Of a DNA stretch of 36,417 bases, positions 8,766-16,111 are shown piece after piece (positions within the stretch are counted from its first letter, which is position 1; each line of letters opens with the position of its first letter). The DNA comes from an uncultured Ruminococcus sp. (GTDB lineage Bacteria > Bacillota > Clostridia > Oscillospirales > Acutalibacteraceae). Position numbers and translations under genes: made by a program. The stretch spans positions 1-36,417 of the forward strand of contig CACYDB010000008.1 of assembly GCA_902773035.1 (NCBI GenBank), read 5' to 3'. The notes under the pieces are model-generated. The model made no database searches, was not told the origin of the DNA, and saw only the letters and a program-made list of their open reading frames with translations.

Positions 8766-10075
8766 AGCGTTCTCAGTCCTTTCGGGTATTTATTCTTAAG
8801 CCTGCCTCCCGAGGCTTTTCCAAAGCCCGTCACGATCCCGTTTACGCTCACGGCGCAAAAGCCTTTTTCATCGTTCACGGAGATTTCCTCGCCTCTCAGG
8901 AAGCTTTTGATCTCGCCGCTGTTCACGTCAAAGTCAACGCATCTTTTACATTCGTCGGGCTTTGCCGCCATAAAAGCGCAGTGACAGGGCTCAATTCTGT
9001 TTTTCTTTATCTCTCCGAGCAGAATTCCCGCGCGAAGCGTGTTGATTCCGCTCATATCGGGCATATTGTCAGGCTGAATATATATCTTATCGCCCTTGAC
9101 CGCTATATTCTCTCCAAACGGTCTGTTTGAAAAATTTTCATCATAAAAACCTAAAACGGCGCTGTCGATTTTCCCGAAGCTTTTCCGCGTACACGGAACT
9201 GACGCGTTAGGGGAATTTCTGCGCAGCTTCGCAGCAAAATGTCCCTCGCCCCTGTCCATCGGGAAGATCCTGCGGGCGTAATCCATCGTCGGTCTGCCGA
9301 AGCTTACGCCGCTGTCAACAAGCTCAAAGTCGGGATTCTCCTCGAGAAAGCTCGTAATCACTCCCTCGTTTTCCTCACGCGAGAACGTGCAGGTCGAGTA
9401 CACAAGCTCGCCGCCCTCTCTGAGAGCTGACTTGGCGGAATTTAAAATCCGCAGCTGACGGACAGCGCAGCTCCTTACATGCTCAACGCTCCACTCGCGC
9501 TCAGCGTCATTCTTGCGGAACATACCCTCGCCGCTGCACGGCGCGTCAACAAGCACCTTGTCAAAGAAACCCGTGAGCCTGTCGCAGAGAACGTCGGGAT
9601 GAGCGTTCGTAACGACAGCGTTGCGTACTCCCATCCGTTCAATATTCGATAAAAGAATTAAAGACCTGTTCCTGACAATCTCGTTGCACACAAGCAGTCC
9701 CTCGCCGTCAAGAGACGCGGCAATCTGAGTGCTTTTACCTCCGGGAGCGGCGCAGAGATCGAGAACTCTCTCCCCCTTTTTTACGCCGAGCATCGTGACC
9801 GCTGAGGTCGCCGACGGCTCCTGAACGTAAAAGGCTCCCGCGTGATGAAGCGGATTATTGCCGATTGATTCCACATCCGCCGGCAGATAAAAGCCCTGCT
9901 CGCAGAACGGCGTTCCTTCGAGCTCAAAGGGCAAAAGCTCCCTGAGCTTGTCCGCGGAGCACTTGAGAGTGTTGACCCTCAGACCGCGGAAATTATCATC
10001 GGAATTATAAAATTTTAAAAACGCGGGGAACTCATCTTTGAGGAGTTCTTCCATTCTTTGCAAAAAAACTTCCAT
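8762..10075 (-). CDS. RsmF/NOL1/NOP2/Sun family rRNA cytosine-C5 methyltransferase
   Basis: YVQEPSA, DLCAAPGGKS, DAPCSGEGMFRK, YSTCTF and C-terminal KNKYPKGLR. Start chosen at ATG 10075, uncertain. Confidence 0.92.
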   Translation of the reverse strand: MEVFLQRMEELLKDEFPAFLKFYNSDDNFRGLRVNTLKCSADKLRELLPFELEGTPFCEQGFYLPADVESIGNNPLHHAGAFYVQEPSATSAVTMLGVKKGERVLDLCAAPGGKSTQIAASLDGEGLLVCNEIVRNRSLILLSNIERMGVRNAVVTNAHPDVLCDRLTGFFDKVLVDAPCSGEGMFRKNDAEREWSVEHVRSCAVRQLRILNSAKSALREGGELVYSTCTFSREENEGVITSFLEENPDFELVDSGVSFGRPTMDYARRIFPMDRGEGHFAAKLRRNSPNASVPCTRKSFGKIDSAVLGFYDENFSNRPFGENIAVKGDKIYIQPDNMPDMSGINTLRAGILLGEIKKNRIEPCHCAFMAAKPDECKRCVDFDVNSGEIKSFLRGEEISVNDEKGFCAVSVNGIVTGFGKASGGRLKNKYPKGLRTL

Positions 10076-10135
10076 AATTGTGAATAAAACGAAAAAACAG
10101 GCAAATAATAATACCAACCAAGGAGGTGAGTTCAG

Positions 10136-10243
10136 ATGAGCAATCAGAATAAGAAGAACCCACAGAACAAGAGTAATCAGAATAAAAACCAGCAGAACTG
10201 CGGCGACAAGAATAACGAGCAGGAAAAGAAGAACGAAGAATAA
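10136..10243 (+). CDS. 35-aa Asn/Gln/Lys-rich small protein, candidate spore protein
   Basis: AAGGAGGTGA RBS, then MSNQNKKNPQNKSNQNKNQQNCGDKNNEQEKKNEE*, then a terminator. Below the ORF-track length cutoff. Confidence 0.8.
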   Translation: MSNQNKKNPQNKSNQNKNQQNCGDKNNEQEKKNEE

Positions 10244-10247
10244 TTCT

Positions 10248-10292
10248 AAAGCGGAGAGTGAAGAACGAGGAGTTTTTCACTCTTCGCTTTTT
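10248..10292. terminator. Bidirectional intrinsic terminator
   Basis: AAAGCGGAGAGTGAAGAAC / GTTTTTCACTCTTCGCTTT stem between convergent genes. Confidence 0.8.
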
Positions 10293-10304
10293 ATGTTGAT
10301 TAAA

Positions 10305-10967
10305 TCAATAGCCGAGCTTCTCGCCTACAAAAATAACCTTGATTCTGTCGATATGGCGCTGCCAGGCCGAAATCACAAAGTTACAGCAGATCCTCGCGGG
10401 ACTGTGACAACCGTCGCACATCTCACGGTCACTGTTTTTGAGAGACACACATTCGCCTGCTTTAGCGCAGTATGTGTCGCAGTTCAGGCGTACCGTATTC
10501 GGAGGAGCCGCCTTCTGCTTAACGCGAAGCTCAGCCTCCTCGATATTCTTGACAATTTTGTTGTAGCCGCAGACGAGCACAACGCTCTTGGGACCGTAAA
10601 GGATCGCGGAAACACGATTAGAGTTGCCGTCAACGTTGTAGAGATAACCCGACTCCGTAACGGCGTTGGAGGACGCGAAGTAAACGTCAGCCTTGTAGGT
10701 CTCGCGGTAAACATCCTCAACCTCCTCGCGCGTTATACCCTCGCGCGAACGGTCGAGATAGTTGTAACGGCCGCTTTTGAGCTCATCCATCACTCCGCAC
10801 TCCTTCAAAGTCACGGAACCGCCGTTGGAAACTGTGTCGCCCTCATTAACGAGAGTCCTGATCAGCGGCAGCACATCCTCCTTCTTTTCAACAAAGAACG
10901 GCTTAATATTATTCTTACGCAGATTTTCCATTGTTTTCTCAACAATTTTCATATCTAAAACGTCCAT
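10305..10967 (-). CDS. LUD-domain (LutC/YkgG-like) lactate utilization family protein
   Basis: GGSVTL, SSNAVTESGYLYNVDGNSNRV, GYNKIV and a Cys-rich C-terminus (C...CHSPARICC). Confidence 0.85.
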   Translation of the reverse strand: MDVLDMKIVEKTMENLRKNNIKPFFVEKKEDVLPLIRTLVNEGDTVSNGGSVTLKECGVMDELKSGRYNYLDRSREGITREEVEDVYRETYKADVYFASSNAVTESGYLYNVDGNSNRVSAILYGPKSVVLVCGYNKIVKNIEEAELRVKQKAAPPNTVRLNCDTYCAKAGECVSLKNSDREMCDGCHSPARICCNFVISAWQRHIDRIKVIFVGEKLGY

Positions 10968-11005
10968 AATTGCACTTCCTTTTCAAGTGATACTTTAACT
11001 AATAC

Positions 11006-11034
11006 ATTATACTACATTCCGCTCAGTTTTTCAA
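11006..11034 (-). promoter_or_regulatory. SigA promoter of the LUD gene
   Basis: TTGAAA-17-TATAAT on the minus strand. Confidence 0.65.
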
Positions 11035-11573
11035 GGCTCTGCAAAGGGAACTCCGAGGGTATCCGCGACGGATTTTGAAAGATTACGCGCGATATTCCTT
11101 ATATTATCGCGGATAAAGCGCGCGTCGTCAAGATTATCGTGGTACGCGACCTCAATCAGCGCCGACGGAGCTCTTGTAAGTCTGAGCTCTCCGAGCGACG
11201 TCGTCGGGATAGTCCTCACGCGCTCGGGAATGGGATAAAGCTCCGAGAAATTCGTCGCCAGAGTCTCCGCGAAATCCTGTCCCTTCTCGCTCGTAGGGTA
11301 ATAATAGACCTCCACTCCCCTGTTCATTCCTGCGCTGTTCTCACCCGAGGCGTTCGAGTGGATCGCGAGGTGCAAATCATAATTGCCCTGATTGCTCTGA
11401 TTGATCGCCTGCCGCAGCGACATCTCGGGACTGTTGCGCGTAAAGCTGATACCGCTCGCGTTCAGATACGGCTCCATAGCGTCGGCAATCAGGTTCATAT
11501 AATACTCCTCGTTGCCGCCGTCCACATAAGGATTCCACTCCTGCAAAGACGGCGAAAGATAAATATTCGGCAT
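11031..11573 (-). CDS. N-acetylmuramoyl-L-alanine amidase (Amidase_3), no signal peptide, probably sporulation-associated
   Basis: IYLSPS, EEYYMN, LAIHSNA, GVEVYY, ALIEVAYHDN motifs. Confidence 0.88.
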   Translation of the reverse strand: MPNIYLSPSLQEWNPYVDGGNEEYYMNLIADAMEPYLNASGISFTRNSPEMSLRQAINQSNQGNYDLHLAIHSNASGENSAGMNRGVEVYYYPTSEKGQDFAETLATNFSELYPIPERVRTIPTTSLGELRLTRAPSALIEVAYHDNLDDARFIRDNIRNIARNLSKSVADTLGVPFAEP

Positions 11574-11575
11574 AG

Positions 11576-11630
11576 AATCATCCTTTCATATTTTTGCTTA
11601 AATATATGAAGGGATGATTGCCTTTATTCA
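11576..11630 (-). promoter_or_regulatory. SigE-like promoter embedded in an inverted repeat covering the amidase RBS
   Basis: Minus strand reads GAATA-16-CATATATT. The 16-bp IR (11576-11591 / 11604-11619) has one mismatch. Confidence 0.55.
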
Positions 11631-11717
11631 AAATTAGAAAAAAGTTCACAAATTACGCAAATAGTCGAACGAAATAAAAAAACTGCGGTTAGCCTAGTAA
11701 AACTATACAAAAATCTA

Positions 11718-11746
11718 TTTACAAATATTCTTTTTGATGTTATAAT
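11718..11746 (+). promoter_or_regulatory. SigA promoter of rubrerythrin
   Basis: TTTACA-17-TATAAT with TG extension. Confidence 0.7.
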
Positions 11747-11775
11747 AGTGCAAACACTGAAAGGAGTGCATTATT

Positions 11776-12318
11776 ATGAAAAAATTTGTTTGTTCCGTAT
11801 GCGGATATGTTCACGAGGGAGACGCTCCTCCGGAGCAGTGCCCTATCTGTAAGGCGCCCGCGTCAAAATTCAACGAGGTCAAGGCTGACGCCGATTACGC
11901 TACAATGCACGTTGTAGGCGAGGCACAGGGCGTAAGCGAGGATATCATCAAGGATTTACGCGACAACTTCACAGGCGAGTGCACCGAGGTCGGAATGTAT
12001 CTGGCTATGGCGAGAGTCGCTGACAGAGAGGGTTATCCCGAGATTGCCGCGGCATTCGAGAAATACGGACTTGAGGAAGCTGTTCACGCGGCTAAATTCG
12101 CGGAGCTTCTCGGCGAAGTAATCACAGACTCAACAGAGAAGAACCTCAAAATGCGCGCTGACGCTGAGGCAGGCGCCTGCGAGGGCAAGTTTGATCTCGC
12201 TAAGAGAGCCAAGGCTCAGAACCTCGACGCTATCCACGACACAGTTCACGAGATGGCTAAGGACGAGGCAAGACACGGCGCAGGTTTCGCAGGACTTCTT
12301 AAGAGATATTTCGGCTAA
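11776..12318 (+). CDS. Reverse rubrerythrin (NADH peroxidase)
   Basis: N-terminal rubredoxin-like CSVC...CPIC, followed by a diiron four-helix domain ([19 protein letters not shown]). Confidence 0.93.
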   Translation: MKKFVCSVCGYVHEGDAPPEQCPICKAPASKFNEVKADADYATMHVVGEAQGVSEDIIKDLRDNFTGECTEVGMYLAMARVADREGYPEIAAAFEKYGLEEAVHAAKFAELLGEVITDSTEKNLKMRADAEAGACEGKFDLAKRAKAQNLDAIHDTVHEMAKDEARHGAGFAGLLKRYFG

Positions 12319-12349
12319 TCCAAAAGCTGCATAAATACTGAATTTTCAG

Positions 12350-12374
12350 AGCAGAGTAGTTTTTCTACTCTGCT
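12350..12374 (+). terminator. Intrinsic terminator of rubrerythrin
   Basis: AGCAGAGTAG / CTACTCTGCT perfect 10-bp stem. Confidence 0.7.
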
Positions 12375-12594
12375 TAATTCTTGCCTTTCAGGCATACCAA
12401 AAGTGTACACATATTTTTATTATTCTAAACAAAAGAATCAGGTAAAAGCTTGATCGGTTAAGTCCTTTAAACTATAGGCTTATTTTTCAGCAGCATAATA
12501 AATGCGCAGTAGTCGCTAAACTACCACGCATTAAAACATTTATCACTCTTTTGGGGCACGCCAGATTATCAAAAGAGGTTACATTTTTGTGTTA

Positions 12595-13422
12595 TTATAT
12601 ACTGTCATCTACACTTTCAAAAGTAAGTTTATAGCTTTCGTTTGGGTCTAAATCGCTGAAAGAAACATCAATATATTCTGACTCTCCATTCTTAATATAA
12701 TCACCATACTCATCCTCTGATGAAACTTTAACACCGTTTGAGTCTTTTAAAATACACTTAATCATAAAGCTGTCAGAATTACTCTCTAAATTGTTTTTAA
12801 TCATTTTCACTGTAACTTTAGCATCAACTGTAGAATAATCACCAATTATTTCGGTCTTAAACGAAACATCTGTAATACTAATTTTAGTTTCTTTATTGTC
12901 GAAATCATAATAACTAACCGTTTTAGGAAGCTTTGGCTTTTTTATTTCGATATTTTTAGTCGGCAATCCAAAAACATTGATTTTTTGAGTCTCAAAAACA
13001 GCTTGTTCATCAGCCGCGCTTACTGTTAGCTCAACTATTCCTTCGTCATTAGCAGCTGGAGCTATTTCGTCTGCGTTAATATATATTCCGCATAAATAGC
13101 GTGTTCCTTTCCACATCTTACTTGTATAATCGCTAAAATCATTTTTTGTAAAGTCTATTGATTTATTATATAATTTGTTCTTTGTCTTATCTTTCACTAA
13201 GACTTTTGCAACACCATTGGACGATACATACTTCTTGTTCTTATCTTTTAATCCAAAGGAGATCAAAAGCTGATTATCTGTTTCATTGAATTGAGCGTCA
13301 CAATCTGATAAGTATTCAGGGATAACAATTTGTTTTTTACTCTCCTGATTTACAACCTTTGAACATGAAGACATCAAAACTATCATGGCAATACACAGAA
13401 CTGAAATAACCACTTTTTTCAT
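12595..13422 (-). CDS. AT-rich lipoprotein, C-terminal region FxLYD-domain-like
   Basis: Signal peptide with lipobox (LMSSC); C-terminal CILKDSNGVKVSS...IKNGE. Base composition is visibly more AT-rich than the neighbours. Confidence 0.75.
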   Translation of the reverse strand: MKKVVISVLCIAMIVLMSSCSKVVNQESKKQIVIPEYLSDCDAQFNETDNQLLISFGLKDKNKKYVSSNGVAKVLVKDKTKNKLYNKSIDFTKNDFSDYTSKMWKGTRYLCGIYINADEIAPAANDEGIVELTVSAADEQAVFETQKINVFGLPTKNIEIKKPKLPKTVSYYDFDNKETKISITDVSFKTEIIGDYSTVDAKVTVKMIKNNLESNSDSFMIKCILKDSNGVKVSSEDEYGDYIKNGESEYIDVSFSDLDPNESYKLTFESVDDSI

Positions 13423-13452
13423 AATCTTTTTCCTTTCTGATAATCTACTTTT

Positions 13453-13481
13453 ATTATATAAAATACAATTAAATATGTCAA
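13453..13481 (-). promoter_or_regulatory. SigA promoter of the lipoprotein
   Basis: Perfect TTGACA-17-TATAAT on the minus strand. Confidence 0.7.
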
Positions 13482-13638
13482 TGCTTAGCAGATGTCATAC
13501 TAATAATACAAAACCACTTGTTTGCTTCGCAATAATACAGATAAACTCACCTTATAACAATATGATTTTTTTGATTCCATAAAAAAGGGTTTTTATTTAA
13601 ATGACAAAAGCAATCAATTGATAATTATGAAAAAAAGA

Positions 13639-13667
13639 TTGACAAACAGACGATAGTTTGATATAAT
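13639..13667 (+). promoter_or_regulatory. SigA promoter of tRNA-Gly
   Basis: Perfect TTGACA-17-TATAAT, ending 17 bp before the tRNA. Confidence 0.85.
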
Positions 13668-13684
13668 AACAATGTTGTAAATAT

Positions 13685-13758
13685 GCGGATGTAGTTTAGT
13701 GGTAGAACTTCAGCCTTCCAAGCTGATCGTGTGGGTTCGATTCCCATCATCCGCTCCA
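13685..13758 (+). tRNA. tRNA-Gly (anticodon TCC)
   Basis: GCGGATG/CATCCGC acceptor stem, TCAGC-CTTCCAA-GCTGA anticodon arm, GGTTCGATTCC T arm, encoded CCA; 74 nt. Confidence 0.98.
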
Positions 13759-13764
13759 GAACGC

Positions 13765-13789
13765 AGGCACCCATTTGGGTGCCTTTTTT
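13765..13789 (+). terminator. tRNA terminator
   Basis: AGGCACCCA / TGGGTGCCT hairpin followed by a T tract. Confidence 0.8.
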
Positions 13790-13970
13790 GCGTTCTGGAG
13801 CGGATGAAACGGGAATCGAAAGGGCGTTAAGAAAATGTCCCTGCGGGACATTTTTAGCCCGTAGCGCTGATGAACTATTCCACACAACACGCCCCATCAG
13901 GCGAGATGAACTTCCCCATTCAGCCAAAGCACATCATCCGCGAAAAAGATAATGGGAATAGAAAGGGCGC
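13789..13970. repeat. tRNA-associated palindromic element (antisense tRNA 3' half, hairpin, degenerate second copy)
   Basis: 13789-13820 is complementary to 13736-13765; AAAATGTCCC-TGC-GGGACATTTT hairpin; partial duplicates at 13932-13969. Confidence 0.7.
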
Positions 13971-14108
13971 TTTTACATAAACGTTTCCGCATAAATATTA
14001 CTAAAATTTAAACTAATCTTACAGTATTGTTGTGCAAAAAACTTGCATTTTCGTGACTATTTATGGTATAATTATATAAATATAATTTGAAACCGAGGTG
14101 TTTTAAAA

Positions 14109-15095
14109 ATGAAAACAAGCTTATCATTAAAAATACTCGCGGCGATTTTTGCCGTAATTCTATTATTCTCAGGCTGCGGCAGTGGTCAGACCAATGACTC
14201 AGGCGCTGAAAAAGCTACAAAATCCGCGGCTTCGTCTGATGATAAATCGACCGTTAAAAACGACGGCGACTACGACAAGGTTACTGTTTCGGACGAGGAC
14301 GGCGACGCTGTTATCACCGGCCTGAAGGACAAGAAAGCTCAGACGCTTACTCTCCCCTCCGTATATAACTCCAAAAAAATCACACGCATCAACGCGAACG
14401 CCTTTGCCGACTGCAAAACTCTCACCGAGGTTGTTATCCCCGAGGGCTATCTCAGCATCGGCGCGAACGCTTTCAAGGGCTGCGTAAACCTTAAAGCCGT
14501 CACCATTCCGAAGGGTATGAAGAGCATAGGCGGCTACGCCTTTGAGGGCTGCGAAAAGCTTCTCGGCGTTGACCTTCCCGACAGCGTCGAAACAATTCTT
14601 ATGTACGCTTTCCACGACTGCAAATCGCTGCAGCTCGTCACCCTGCCCGCGAACCTCACAAACATCAACGACTTCACCTTCGCCGGCTGTGTAAGCCTCA
14701 AGGAAGCGGCGCTCTCCAACAACACCGTAAGAATAGGCAGCAACGCCTTTGAGGGCTGTAAAAGACTTGAAGCGATTGAAATTCCCGACAGCGTTACCAC
14801 ACTCTGCGGCTACGCCTTTAAGGACTGCAAATCTATCAAGAAGGTCTCGATCGGCAGCGGCTTTACGACGATCGGCGCGAGAATTTTTGAGGGCTGCGCG
14901 GGACTTGAAAAGCTTGCGATCCCCGACAACATCACCGTGATCGGCAATTACACCTTCTACAACTGCAAGAGCCTTTCAAAAGTAAGCTTCCCCAAGACTC
15001 TCGAGAGCATCGGCGGTAAGGCTTTCGTCGGAACAAAGGTCAAAAAGGACAGCGTTCCCAAGGGCTGTAAGGTCAACCCGAACGCGTTCGGATAA
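14109..15095 (+). CDS. BspA-type leucine-rich-repeat (LRR_5) surface lipoprotein
   Basis: Lipobox FSGC, low-complexity tether and about 10 repeats of IGxxAFxGCxxLxxVxIP. Confidence 0.92.
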   Translation: MKTSLSLKILAAIFAVILLFSGCGSGQTNDSGAEKATKSAASSDDKSTVKNDGDYDKVTVSDEDGDAVITGLKDKKAQTLTLPSVYNSKKITRINANAFADCKTLTEVVIPEGYLSIGANAFKGCVNLKAVTIPKGMKSIGGYAFEGCEKLLGVDLPDSVETILMYAFHDCKSLQLVTLPANLTNINDFTFAGCVSLKEAALSNNTVRIGSNAFEGCKRLEAIEIPDSVTTLCGYAFKDCKSIKKVSIGSGFTTIGARIFEGCAGLEKLAIPDNITVIGNYTFYNCKSLSKVSFPKTLESIGGKAFVGTKVKKDSVPKGCKVNPNAFG

Positions 15096-15115
15096 TTTAT
15101 AATTCCAAATAATTA

Positions 15116-15156
15116 CGGGCATACAGATTACAAAACAATCTGTATGCCCGATTTTT
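15116..15156. terminator. Intrinsic terminator between convergent genes
   Basis: CGGGCATACAGATT / AATCTGTATGCCCG 14-bp stem followed by ATTTTT. Confidence 0.85.
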
Positions 15157-15171
15157 ATGTCTAATAAATCA

Positions 15172-15807
15172 TCACAGCGCCGAGAAGCCGTAGCTGTTTA
15201 CAAGCGCCTCGATTTTTTCTCCGTTGAGGCAGTAAGGACACTTATGCGGCTTGAAGCTGCTGTAATCGCCGAGGTCGTTAGGATCGAAGATCGAGTGGAC
15301 CGCGTGACCGTCGCACTCGTCAACAGTCGCGAAAATCGCCGACACTCCCGATACAAAACCGCCGTAATAGTTGATCGCGTCAATAGCGGCGAGAGCGGTT
15401 TTACCCGTCGTAACAGAAGCCGCGAGAATCAGAACGTGCTTGCCTTTAATCATCGGAACGATATTGTCGCGGAACATCATCTGTCCCCTGCCAATGTACT
15501 CGGGAGCCATAACGTAAATCGTCTGGTGAGCGTTCATATTGATAAAGTTATCCTCTGTCAGAGCCTCGGCGAGAAACGCGCCGATTACCTCTGTTCCGTC
15601 GAGACAGATGATCGTATCGACAATGGTGTTCGAGCGGTACGCCGCCACCATTTCCCTCGCGACAGCCTTTGCCTCTGAGAGACGGTTTTTCTGAGTTGTT
15701 ACGTCAATATAGTAATTTGTGTGACTGTGCATCGTCGCGAAGTGACCCTTGCGCACGCGCAGAAATACGTTTTTATTTTTTGTCCTGATTTTATATTCCT
15801 TGTTCAT
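15172..15807 (-). CDS. Orotate phosphoribosyltransferase-like protein (type I PRT fold, divergent)
   Basis: KGHF...HTNYYID N-terminus, PRPP-loop-like VLILAASVTTGKT, C-terminal CPYC; GGAGG RBS. Confidence 0.75.
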   Translation of the reverse strand: MNKEYKIRTKNKNVFLRVRKGHFATMHSHTNYYIDVTTQKNRLSEAKAVAREMVAAYRSNTIVDTIICLDGTEVIGAFLAEALTEDNFINMNAHQTIYVMAPEYIGRGQMMFRDNIVPMIKGKHVLILAASVTTGKTALAAIDAINYYGGFVSGVSAIFATVDECDGHAVHSIFDPNDLGDYSSFKPHKCPYCLNGEKIEALVNSYGFSAL

Positions 15808-15871
15808 ACTAACCTCCGGTGAGCTTTATGAATTAAATCAAACAGTTTCAAGCTAAGGGTAACAGGAGCAA

Positions 15872-15997
15872 TCCGAACCTCAGTTTTGCCGGACAGCTTT
15901 CCGCCTACCCTTTGTTAAAATACTCGCAAACCCGTCAGGGTTTGCTCCGCTTTTGCCGCGGCTAGACGAAAATCTGCCTCGGCAAAACTCCTTCGGA
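15872..15997 (-). repeat. 126-bp imperfect palindrome (REP/MITE-like)
   Basis: Nested IRs: TCCGAA/TTCGGA, AGTTTTGCCG/CGGCAAAACT, GCAAACCC/GGGTTTGC. Confidence 0.65.
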
Positions 15998-16106
15998 CTT
16001 TAAACGGTTGGAATTTTAGTCGATTTGCGGTGCAGAGAATGTTAGCAGGCTGGCGCCTGCTGACGTTCGACAAGCTGCAAAGCGGCAAAATTACTCCGTT
16101 TAAAGT
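15997..16106 (+). repeat. 110-bp imperfect palindrome (REP/MITE-like)
   Basis: Nested IRs: ACTTTAAACGG/CCGTTTAAAGT, TTTGCGG/CTGCAAA, GAATGTTAGCAGG/CCTGCTGACGTTC. Confidence 0.65.
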
Positions 16107-16111
16107 GGGGT

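Noticed and set aside
10032-10280. 82-aa minus-strand ORF
   Set aside because: It is the antisense of the 35-aa + strand gene and crosses its terminator; the + ORF has the RBS.
12390-12590. IS end or type I toxin-antitoxin locus (GTGTACAC palindrome, hairpin 12501-12532)
   Set aside because: No partner inverted repeat, transposase fragment, or small hydrophobic ORF with RBS; the hairpin is adequately explained as a terminator.
13625-13952. ORFs 13625-13927 (-) and 13731-13952 (+)
   Set aside because: They overlap tRNA-Gly and its palindromic flank; spurious.
15808-16111. PyrR attenuator upstream of the PyrE-like gene
   Set aside because: No ARUCCNGNGAGGYU binding loop or terminator/antiterminator with a U-tract; only a partial AAGTCCG match.
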